The notes under the pieces: generated by a model
What the model saw: the letters and a program-made list of their open reading frames with translations, nothing else
The model's database searches: none
Told to the model about the DNA's origin: nothing
Made by a program: the position numbers and the translations under genes
Source: Eimeria praecox
Lineage: Eukaryota
DNA: 64,000 nucleotides
Assembly (NCBI GenBank): GCA_963920595.1
Contig: OY986946.1
Span: 1,364,001-1,428,000, forward strand
Reading direction: 5' to 3'
Part shown: positions 24,232 to 35,500 of the stretch, piece after piece
Layout: every line of letters begins with the position of its first letter
Numbering within the stretch: position 1 is the stretch's first letter

Positions 24232-25771
24232 ATGTCGGCAACTCAGCAGGATGTGCAGGTGCGTTCAAGGGAGAGCTTGACCTCCTGCGAGTGTTAGGAG
24301 AGCCCGCATTCTGATGTATATATGGTTGTTTAGTCAGTGTAGAATCCGAATGGATTTGTTTTCCAAAACCATGGTCAGCATGTATTTAGCAAGCTTCTGG
24401 TCGGTGGGGAGGGGGACGCTGGGACATTCGAAGGTAGCAGAAGGTCGAAGGAGTAACAGAAGCATCGGGCCATCATATTATGGGATCCACTTATGTGTTA
24501 ATAGTTTTAATTCCCGTGTTGCGATGTTACGCGATGAGGGCATTGCATCTCAGCAGGGAATTTGAACAGCGGCTGTTTGCGGGGGCCTTTTCCCCACAGA
24601 GCTGCATAGGCGAATTCCTCTGCTGTGGGGTGTAAAAGGCACCAACTTCGTCTGCACGTGTGTATCGGAAGGAAACAAGCAAGCAGCCAGCATAGAGAGG
24701 GAGGTCAGTTTGCAGGGCCTGTGCAGAACAAAGCGTGAATCCTTGTGCGTGTGTTTGTCGCCGCAGACAGAGAAGGCCTTCCAGAGGCAGCATGGGGCCT
24801 CTCAGTTGGCCCTTGCCCAATCTTCCAAGAAGAGGGGGAAGGCGAGATACTGGAGGGTACGCCACTATCTGCAGGTCGTCACGCGGCTTGCTTGCTGCTG
24901 CCTTTGCTGTATCCCTTGGGATTCAGTAGCTGTGTTATTCGGCATGTTTCGGGTCTTGTGTCTTTAGGAGGTAGGATTGGGTTTCGCCACGCCTCGCCTG
25001 GCAAAGGAAGGCACCTACGTCGACAAGAAGTGCCCCTTCACTGGCAATGTGTCCATTCGTGGCCGCATCATCAAGTAGGCGTGACTTAGATTTGTCTTGA
25101 GCGTAGCAAGACATGCATGCGCACACAGAGGGACGAGTGCAGTGCTTTCATCTTTACCAGTTTCTAGGATTGCGGGGTGCGGGTCTTTAGTGTGGTGGCC
25201 CGTGGGATCGAATTCGCTGGGAAAGTGTCAGCCTTTCAAGCTGATGAAGAATGAGCGTGAATCCTTAAGAATGTGCTTTAACCGGGCTTCGTGGCCGTAT
25301 TCTCATCTCTGGGGAAGCCTACTTTCTGGGTGGTGATTGAGCAAACATATATTCACTGTGAGTCTGCTCTTGCGACACCTTCAGGGGGATGGTTATTTCT
25401 AACAAGATGAAGCGCTGTGTGGTAATCCGCCGCACGTACTTGCATTTTGTGAGAAAGTACTCACGTGTTGAGAAGCGGCATAAGAACGTGACATGCCATC
25501 TCTCGCCATGTTTCGAACAAGTCAAAGAAGGTGATATCGTCACTGCGGGACAGTGCAGGTGAGCTTCTTGCACGTGGGGAAGATTCTGCCTTAGGAAGGG
25601 TTCTGTCTGAGCTGTCTTCCATGCGCTGCACATGGAATGGTTCATAAGGCAGCAACTTTTTTGTCCATATTGTGGCTCAGGCCCCTCTCGAAGACGATTC
25701 GCTTCAACGTGCTTAAAGTCGAAAGCAACCAAGTCTTCGGAAATGTGCGCAAACAGTTCCGTCTCTTCTAA
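24232..25771 (+). CDS. RPS11: 40S ribosomal protein S11 (uS17); exons 24232-24258, 24767-24856, 24968-25074, 25385-25558, 25681-25771
   Basis: [69 protein letters not shown]. Confidence 0.98.
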
Positions 25772-26527
25772 GGGCAGTCGGGCAGCTTGCTGTTCGGTCA
25801 GCTGCCGGCAGTTAGCCCTAGATTAGGTGAAAAACCCATCTGGGTATTTGGGAATGGAGCATTTCCATCAGAACCCTTTGTGTAACTTCCTTGTTGCCAT
25901 ATGGGCGTCTCTCAGTTCAAATTTCCTCCTATATGTAGCAGCGTGATCTAGGATGAGCAGAGCGAGGTACTAGTGTTTGCAGCTATCGTGAATATATAAC
26001 AATACTTAGCGCTGCAGGCTGCTTAGCTAGTTATCCTTTAGTTCGCCCAGCGGATCCTGTTAGTAGCAGACACTGTCAGTATAATTTCATCGGCGCTCGC
26101 CAAATTTGGCACAGCTGTTCGCAAGTGAGTGACCGCCTGCGTGAAAACTAGGAGCTACGGTTTCGGTCGCGGTACAAGGACGCGCCAAGGCTGAAGTAGG
26201 ACCAATAGTTCAATGGGTTGCTCGACTGTTACACAGAAAGACCGGCGGCCAACAATGAGTTTTCCCTACACGCTGCGCCCGTCCAATCGGCAACCCCTTA
26301 TCCAACCCGTCTGGCACATATTACTTTCAGGGGGTTTTGAAAAGCGGATACCCCCAACAGTGGCCGACGACTGGATACCCACTTTGCATGGGGTATGTGC
26401 ACGGTAGTTTCCGACGTGCCAGTACTACCCGGGGGTTCGTGAGGCAAACCTTTCAGCCAGGAACCCCCTAACCTGATATGCTTCTGGCCTTCCCTTCCAC
26501 GGCATACAAGACACCGTTCCTTTTTCT

Positions 26528-28649
26528 TTACCGGCCCATGCGCAGCTGCTTCTGCTTCTCGTTGAGGTAGCCACGCACCACTACTGGCGGAGGGTATGGC
26601 GAGCTCGGGAACGTGCCACGCTTGTCTCTTCTCTTCCACTTATTCTCGTATTTCCGCAGCGGTGGGTCGCACACGCTTTGGAAGCTGCAAGGAACCACAG
26701 CAGCCGCAGCTCAGAGCCCTGCGAGATGGAACCCAGTCGCGGTGGATCCACCTCCGCCACTAAGTGACGTACGTATCATAACACGAATTCGCAGATGTGC
26801 ACTTCGATATGAGGGAACTGTAAACTCGAGAGCTTAACTTTGCTCTCCTTGTACTTCAAAGCGGTTGGCGAGCAGCTCCGACACGGGGCCACCATATGAC
26901 ATAGACAACCGCACTGTGTTGGCTGCTGCGGCAAAACGACGGTCGCGCGTGCCTTCAGTATCAGCCTCACCAAAATGCAGAGTCATCCATCATCCGTAAA
27001 GCTCTTTCCGGATCGTAGTTGGCACGGTGTAGCAGCTTGTAAGCAAATTCGGGAGAGAAAGGCTGCCACCCAGGGCGGACCTTCCACCTTTTTGAGCACC
27101 TGCAGTGGCGCAGCAAGCCACACAGCGCTTGCACCTCCACTGCTGAAAAAAGAAGGCAGCAATGCAACCAATGGCAAGCGCTGCGTAGCTGGCTTTCCCA
27201 CCGCTAGGGGAGTAGGACGGTAACCTCGAACCCACTTGATAAGGAACTCAGCCAGGTCCTTCTGCGAAGTAATGCACGATTTTGTGGCTCTTTCAGCCAA
27301 GCATTGTTGCTTTGAACGCTCCATGAGGTAAGGGGAATAGACAAGCAAAGGCCCCAATGCCTGACTCTGTGCACCATCGGCTAGGGAATGCTCCGCAAGA
27401 GTCGAAAGACAGTCACCATCCCCTCGCGCCAAGAAAAAATCGGGAAGATGGGGTACCTGAGGCAGCGCCATCACGATGCAATTCTGCTGTGGCTGTTTGT
27501 TGATGTTTGCTGCAGTGGCAGAGATAAACACTTCACGACCTGTTCTCATGAAAGGCGACAGAACATGCCGTAAAAAGCACTCGAATACGAGCCCATACTT
27601 GAGCCAGCTGGCTTCGCCGTCAGAGTAACACCGCACTGCATCAAACGGACTCCTAGCCAACTCACCTGATGATTCGGCCCCACATTGATGCGGGTCTCGT
27701 AGTCCTCTGTGGCTTTGGTCTTCCTCCTCCTGGAAGGGGCGCAAGACGGAACCGAGGCCCAGGGGGTGGCTGGGGTGGGAGGGGGACATACTGGAGGAGG
27801 GGCTGGGGCGATATTCTGTTTCGAGCTGCGCGTATCTGAAGAAGTCTGAGGCAGTTTGACGGTAACAGTAGAAGGAGCAGCCGTTGCCGGTGGCGGCGGT
27901 GCTGCAGCCGCCGCAGAACAGTCTGGGCAAAACCAATCGTCAGCATTGGCCCGTAGGCGCGGCCTGGCCACTACTGGTAGGCAGTCCGCGTGGTAGGACT
28001 TAACACAGCCATCGCAGCATACAACTTCGCCTCCGCCTCCGCATTCGTTGCAAACGCTGTCGTTGCTTTCCTTGCCGTCGCTCTCCGCCTCTGCTGCCTC
28101 CCCGACGTCGTCCACCCCCGCAGCGGGCTCGCCTGAGTCCCCTGGAAGGCTGTCTGACTCTGCAGCTGCTGCCCCATTTATCGTCTCCGCGATACCATTT
28201 GGTGCGGCCCCCACTTCGGAGGGTTCGGGAGGGCTGGAGTCATTTGCAGCCTCCCCTTCAACCTCCGCTGCCGGCACAGGTCCGGATGTGCCTGCCGTCG
28301 TCTCACTCCCTGATGTAAGGCCTCCAGCTCCACTGACGCTCTGTGATCCGTTATCTTCGCTGGTTCCTGGGTCTTCAGCTACTGAAAGCACTGCCTGCGG
28401 TGGATGCAACGCTGCCGGAGGGTACCCGCCTTCCCCAGTGTCAACGCCGTTCCCTTGATGCCTCTTCTCGGCAGGTGATCTGTCATACTGCTGCTGCTGC
28501 TGGTCTTCTTGAGGTTTCTCTGAATCAGGAGTAACAGTCTGGTCTACACGATCCGTTGGGTGCTGACTAGCAGCCTGTGCTGCAGCCGCCGCAAGAGTCT
28601 CCGTGACAGTCGCACGGATGACGCTGAAGTCGCACCGTTCCTCCTCCAT
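26528..28649 (-). CDS. PHD-finger plus ELM2 (extended ELM2-like) chromatin protein, multi-exon
   Basis: C4HC3 PHD: CNECGGGGEVVCCDGCVKSYHADC...WFCPDC. ELM2 start RINVGPNHQ|VPHLP and end EFAYKLLHRANYDPERAL. Last exon CDPPLRKYENKWKRRDKR... ends at stop 26528. Confidence 0.88.
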
Positions 28650-30859
28650 CCCTACAGCTACCGGGGAAGCAACTTAAACTGTCAAACAAAGGAAGGCTCG
28701 TCTACCTCTGCCACCCCGGTGAATTTCCTATGATGTTCAGGCCGCCACTACGAGGCGTTTCGACAAGTCTCAATAGGCAACGAGCAGACCCAGAAGACGA
28801 AGACGAGTTTAAACACTGAAGACGCTGGTCTCGCCATGCAAGACAAGAGCAAATCATGGCATCTACAGATGCCTGCTCTACTCAGCATGTCATGACACGC
28901 GAAGCCTCTTGGAGGCGCTGCTGGTGTGGACTACCCACGCGGCTATGCTGTCTCGTTGAGTTGAAAGGCCCCCCAGCACCAAATTCCTTGCCCATTAGGG
29001 TTCGACTTGGCTACTGATAGGCACACAACAGTGAAATGTCCACGGATAGCAGTGACGCAACCCCCCTGCAGGTCCGGCCCCAGTGGACAATGCGGCGAGC
29101 CCCCCTCAAGCCCTTCCTGCGCTTCGTGGGGTTTTCCCCGCGACTCCTTCAGAAGCACTGTTGAGGTCTCCTAATTTATTCAAAAGTACAGCCACTCAGA
29201 GGGCGAGCGCTTCGTCCACTAGGGGGCCAAATGCTGGCCGCCCCTCCACATGCAGGTACCCCCGCAAGGCAGAATATACAGCTCCCTCAGCTTGCTAGTG
29301 TGCTCGAAGGTTTCGTGACTGGGATCTAAAGAGTTGCCGTCAATCTTGTCAACTTGCAAATGCTATCAACGGGGCACCGGTGACGCAGAGGAGCTGGCGG
29401 GCGGCTGTGCAGCGGCGGCCTCGGAGCCCCAGCCCATTCTGTCAACAGAAGCGTCCTCACCTGAAAACGCATATATATATTCCTCATCAACGAGTTAGCG
29501 CGGAATGTATCAGTGATGCATAGTCAAATAAAAAGCAATTCACATAGATGGCCTGCTGTGCAGCTTGCGGTCCTGGAGACACCGGACCCAACTCCGCCGC
29601 CGCTTTATGGCCAATGCATCTGTTCAACGTGTGTATTCGCAAAGGATCTCGTGCGCTAGCGCTTAGCTGTAGTCACGTTGTTGCCTGCATTACTTCAAGC
29701 ACAACAGTCAGTTCCAAGCATCAACAAAATGCTGGTGAGTGTCGCATCCATAACCCGCCAGTAACGCGCAAGAGAACTCTCACTTGCTCCGTGCAAGATC
29801 ATATATGCATATTCAACGACCACTAAAATACGCATCAAAAAAGAAACGCTCAGCCACTGAGGGATATTATGTCGGGTATCTGAAATGGAATACGACTACA
29901 GTTTGCCTGCGGAGTCTTATCCGAGCTGCTAGGTGCCACCGTTTCTAAAACATTGAGCTGCCACTTCAATAAATAGCAGTGTAAAGTGTAGTCATGAAAA
30001 GAAGCTACAGAAGCTGCCCCTACCAGCTTCACGGTCTTCGGAGAGTCTTAAACCTAGTCTCATTCCTCGATACCCGGCAAAGATTGTGCATTCCGAAGAG
30101 TGAGGTGCAGTACCTTTTCGGAAGACGCAGTAGCTTTTCGGGAAATGGTTAACAAATTCAAAGTATTCCTTTAATTAAGTATCTGAAGTGGAACGAGGCT
30201 GTTTCATTCATCTTCTCGATTCCAAAGTCGTACTGCCTCAAAGGGCGATATTCCCTGTATTATTATGTTATCAAATACAATATTTACCTTTTTCTGAATC
30301 ATCCAGTCTTCTACTAAGCGTCTCTAAGCTTCAATAGACCGAACGGGCACCTTTTTGCCCGATGGTACTGCGCATTTCCAATCCAGATGCGGGATATTTC
30401 CGGGTTCATCGGTCGTAAATTTGTGAAGCTGCACACACGGATATTTTATATATGAACTCCGGATGCAGTGAGTGTTCCCAACCTTATCTAAGAACCTTCG
30501 CGACATGCAGTGGGGTCGAATCACTTAAAAAGACTTTCCGTAGACCAGCAGACGTCCCCCCTAGCCTCCAGGCATTCTGGGGGGCAGGGGGCATAGAGCC
30601 TGGAGCTGGGGTTGGCGGGCGGGATGCAGCCTGTCGGTGTTGTAATGCACTTTGCTGCAACTAGTGGTGCAAGGCAGGCCCTCCTACAAGCACTGACAAG
30701 CCCCTTCTTTTGCGTACACCAACAGCGCAGAAAATCTCGAAACACTTGCCTGGCCATTAGTAGCCAGCCTGCATGCAAGCAGAGGCGCATCTTCCAACTT
30801 TAGAGAAACCAAATTGTAAATGCCCCCCTCACTCTCCAAACAATGCAAATCGTCGTTCT

Positions 30860-31860
30860 CCTGGTCCCCCAGTAAAGGACGGGTGAGCCGGGGGAGGGCT
30901 AATGACGCACTTGCTGCTGTCGCAGCGAGTGCTGCTTCTGTGGCTATATCAACTCCCCTTCCTACGTCGCCTGCTTTTGCATATCGTGGTGCCATATCCC
31001 TTGGTGCTGCATCTTTTGCTGCTGCTTCACGTGCTGGGGCATCTTTTGGTGGTAGAGTTCCTGCTGATCGTGCTGCAGGTTCTGCTACTGGTGAAGGAAG
31101 CCTAATCAGTACAGACTTGCAAAACCTGACTCGCTGCACATGCTATTCAGCAGGCAACAGGAGTATCCTTACACCTCTGTGGTGTAAATATAGCTCATCA
31201 ACAAACCTAAAGTAGGCAAGCACTGCATTCGAGCCCACGCGAATGTTGATAAGCTCGCTTTCTTTAATATACCTCGATACATTATCTAATACGCGTTTCT
31301 TTTTGTCTTTGTATATTTGCCGCTGTTTTCATTTGTTTGTTGGTTCATGGCTTGCGTCAGCGATGCATGTGTTCTTCTCGCGCTGGCGACAGCTGGAAGG
31401 TCTTCTCAGCATTTTGAGCAGCAGTAGGAATTGCCATTTCTGCTCCTGCCAGTCCGCTATAAGAAACTATTCATTTGCTGCCTCTGCGGCGATTTGCTTT
31501 TTCCACCTCGGTTGGCTATCGTGAACGCACAGTTCAGCTGCCCATCTCTCTTTTACTACTGTTCCTCCTGGTGCTCTTGTTGCAGCCCCTGTTTTTGCTG
31601 CTGGTAATGCTGCGTTACTGATGCTGTATTGTTGGTGTTATTCGAGCTGGTGCTTCTAGCGGTCCACTTCCCACCGTTCCGATATGCCGGCACCAACAAC
31701 AGCACCAGCAACTCTTCCGACCGCAGATGCTACTGCCGTTGCTAATGCTCTTGATGTTGACCCAGCTGCTGTCGGTTCTATTGCTGCTGCTTCCGCTGCG
31801 GTTGCTGGCTCTGCATTTACCACTGATGCTGCTGCGTTGTCAACTATGGCCCTGCAGTCT
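30860..31860. repeat. Eroded CAG/CTG-derived low-complexity sequence
   Basis: Minus strand keeps a 3-nt CAG-like periodicity; the Gln-rich frame is broken by TAG stops and Ala-rich frames give short ORFs. Confidence 0.5.
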
Positions 31861-32139
31861 ATCCAGTCTGCACTAGAAAGCAATCGCTGCTCCAGTTAAC
31901 ATTTCTCTAAATCAATAAGACTAGTGGAAAGGAAATGGCAATCTCCGGAAAACCTCCAGCTCCCCTCGTGGGTTAAGACGCCACTGCTCCCCAGCGGAGT
32001 TGCCAGGAAAGTGCCAAAGGCTTGGAGTCCATACCATGCTAGTTGTAGGCAGAGGTAGTAGCGAAGGGCACAAAGAAAAAATAGTTGCCGCAGACATTCC
32101 CATAGATAGCAGGATATGAGCCGCTCCTTGCGTGTTGCA

Positions 32140-35100
32140 AAGAAGCAAACCCCAAATGGCTTAACGCTTCCCAAATTAAAGCTGCGCTGTGTGTGCTCAC
32201 GCTTGCTGCCGCCACCAAATGGTCGAGGGCGGCGTGCGGGTGCTCTTTATGAATTGGTTTGTACAAGTAGTCTTCAGAAACCGACTTGGGCTTTCGTTTA
32301 CCACCCCATTAAGCCCAATTTCCTTGCCGTACAGGGATACCGTGAATCGTTCATCGTGTTACCAGAGCCCCCAGCAGCCTCCAGCTGTTCGTTCCCCCCA
32401 ATGCCATTGCGCTTTTTGAGGGGAGAGTTCCCCCAAGGTTTTGTGGTTCCCTTAACCATTCGACAAAGCCAGCAATAATGAGGTGGCCGTATCTTCATGG
32501 TGGGAATAAGCCTGCGATGCAGTCCAACACGTTATCGCGAGATCGCACAGTATACCCACAATGTGCCAAATTTCTTTGGCTCCTCGCTCTCCTGTGCGAT
32601 TCGAAAAAGCGCGAATTTACCAAACTCAGGTGGCCTTGATTGAAATTGAGTCCTGCAAGGCGTTAGTCGTAGCTTCTCGCCTCGCGTTCTTTTGCTCGAT
32701 CCTTCCATTCCCGCGCTGCTCCAAGGTTCGCGTAAACACTGGCAGATGCGGACGTACGCGAATGCATGGATTGCAACGGCCACGCCTAATGCTGGATGGG
32801 ACAACTGTCTTTCGATGTAGGGAGGCCCGAAAGCAGAGGATCGAAGAGTGCACTTTTGTAAGTTAAACCCATTCCATGTGGGAGAAATCAAGACGGTTTT
32901 GCTGAGTATAGAGTATCGACTACTGCACAAACGTGCTATTTGTTCGTTCATATTGTCTGCTTGCCCCCATGTGTTTTTGCCGGGTTCACTTTATGGCCAG
33001 TTTGGATTTGTGCCATAAATTGCTCCGAGAAGACCCGAATGAACTTCAGCTCCCTGCCCAAAACGACGCCCTTCTGAAAACTGCAGATGTTGAAGATGTG
33101 AGTGGCGAATAATAGGGTCATTTCCTTTGCTGTAACTGACGTCAAAAGGAGGTTGAAGTGGCTTTACATGTATACTCAATCCATAAGAATGCAGGTGCTA
33201 TCGTAGCCTCTAGCGGATGATTCGGCAGGCGATCAGGCTTGAGAGTGTTCATACTTTCTGCTTTTTAAATTTCGCGCAAGTGAGGGAATATTCACCTCCT
33301 TAGGGGCGCCCCAGAGGCCAGCATGATGACCTGGCAACCCACTATGCCGTTGTCTTGACACGACGATGAACCAGTGAAGCATGAACGTGCACTTCGAGTA
33401 AAATTTCGATGCGGAGCGGACCTGGAACGTGTACTCATAGGATACCTCTCTTTTTGGCATCATGGGAGACCGCTGTCTATACTGTAAGGCTTAGCCCGTC
33501 TCCCGTTGTTGAATTTGACAAGAATTTCAGTCGCATCAGTGCTTACATAGTGGGAAAGACGCAGTTTAAAAAGCAAACGGAAATCGTCGCAAAGGTGAGA
33601 AGTGGCAGAACACTGTGCTGTAGGTAGCCGGCGGAGTGTGCCACTGCCCAAGTAAGTGCCCCCTTGGATAAGCGTGTCTCTGAAGGTGTACTGGTACAGC
33701 CAGTCAACCTATCGCACAACCATTTCACTACCGTACTCTCGCAAAGCCTTTGCGATATATGCCAGGGGTTGATGGTGCGTTTGAGCAGTAGAGTGTCTGC
33801 CGTATAAGGGAGGCCGGCGGGCACCCTTTTACGCGCCGCCAAAACGTAGAACTCCTTGTCAAGTATCGGATACTTCTCCTCGCTTTCCATGAACGGCATG
33901 CTTACCACGCGATTATTTGGTGCTTTGCCATATCTTGGATTTGCTGGAGCAGAACCACCCCAGCATTCATGCTACAGGCATCAGTTCTTCCTAGGAAGTG
34001 TCCGACAAAAGCACATATTGCGAGTGTAGGAGATGAGACCAGATGTCTGATGGCGCCTCTGAAGTCTTATTCGCTCTCTCTCTCTCTCTCAAACTAAGTT
34101 GCTGAGTAAATTCGTCAGAGCGGATGCGTTACGCTCGAGTTCCAGGGTGAATTTGTGGTATCGCGATGCTAGGCCGAGGAACTTCTGGAAACCAGTAGGA
34201 GTGTATATGTGCAGTGAGTGCTTCCAGATGGCCCCTACCCCGTGGCTATCTGATTCGACTCCTGCCGCAGACACACGCAGCCCTAAAAGGATAATAGTTT
34301 GCATACAACAATAGCACTTGTATGCTCTTTCGAACCACTGTTGCTAACGTAACAACTGCAAAGCACGTTGCAGCTTCTGCAAGTACTCTACACTTCGCTG
34401 AACATATGCACGCCATCCGTGTATATAACAATCCATCCCTCATTGATTGGGCCGAAGAAGTCTGTCGCTGCAGCTCAGTAGGTCCTTTCACGAGCCGGGA
34501 GGCCATATATGCCTGGTCTAGCTTGCGCATGTGGGGATGGAGTGCAGTCTTGTGCTTATCGTCGGGATCCATTGGGCTGTAGAAGCAAACAACAGCGAAA
34601 TCATATAAATTGCTGAACGTTGCAAACCCAGAAATAGCTTCTCAGTCCCGGGCATCGGAAGCTTTTCCTTCGCCGTGGTTTTGTTGACGTGCATGCTCCA
34701 CCGCCGCTCATAGTCTTCGGCAGTACCGGGTTTTGCGCAATGGCGCTAGCTACATAAAAAGGTCAAAGCTCAACAGTCAGTTTTTCTGTTTGCCGTTCTA
34801 TTTTCTCTTCAAGGCGTGCGGGTAGCCGATACGTTGAAACAAAGCGTGAGGTTATGAGCTCGCTGTGGTGTACTTTTCATCCAGCGGGTGACCGGCCCGC
34901 TGGAAGCTCCTTGGTATTGAGTACATCTGAGGACAATTCCTTTAGTTGTTCCCAGTTATGGCCACTCTTGCTGTGTTGTAATCTGCTAATCTGATCGAAT
35001 CCCACAAAACCGCAGTCTTCATTCACTGGATTATCACGACAAAGTGCATGCATTTACCGGTCATTTACTGCCGTACTTGTGCACTGAGGAAGAGCCTTCC

Positions 35101-35500
35101 CGCTCCTCCTTGGGACACTGGCTTTACTCCTCTTACTGTAGGGCATGCAAATGCTGTTGAGAGGAATAAGAAGTGCTCTCTCTCACTGCTTCTAGGCACG
35201 CGAGTTTCAATGGTGGCTTCTGGAGGCTGCATGCGCTCCTTCCATTGAGGCGCCCGTAGCACGCCTGGGTTAAGCCATGGCGAACTATCCGTACATAAGC
35301 GTCCCTTGCCATGGTAACAAAAGCCACTCCGGAACTGAGAAAGCAATTCATGCTCATAGTTTCACCGGTTCTAGTTTCTCGTCTGCCATATGAGAAGTCC
35401 AGTCGCACAGCTTCAACCAATGAGTGGACTGGTAGGTTGCACCTCCTGCCCTTGCTGCGGTATTATTCCGTTTACCAGCAAGTAGCGCTAGCAAAGCTAC
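32140..35500 (-). mobile_element. Degenerate Ty3/gypsy (chromovirus-like) retrotransposon: gag, RT, RNase H, integrase and possible chromodomain remnants
   Basis: In gypsy order: MDPDDKHKTA; IVIYTDG (decayed YxDD, ~34412-34423); LLGLRVSAAGV...QKFLGLASRY; EEKYPILDKEF and RHSTAQTHHQPLAY (RNase H); TSVTAKEMTLLFATHIF...VVLGRELKF (integrase core). Many stops and frameshifts; LTRs not identified. Confidence 0.85.

Noticed and set aside
29850..30530. Possible additional integrase relic (GISPFE-like word)
   Set aside because: A single short word with no supporting ordered motifs.
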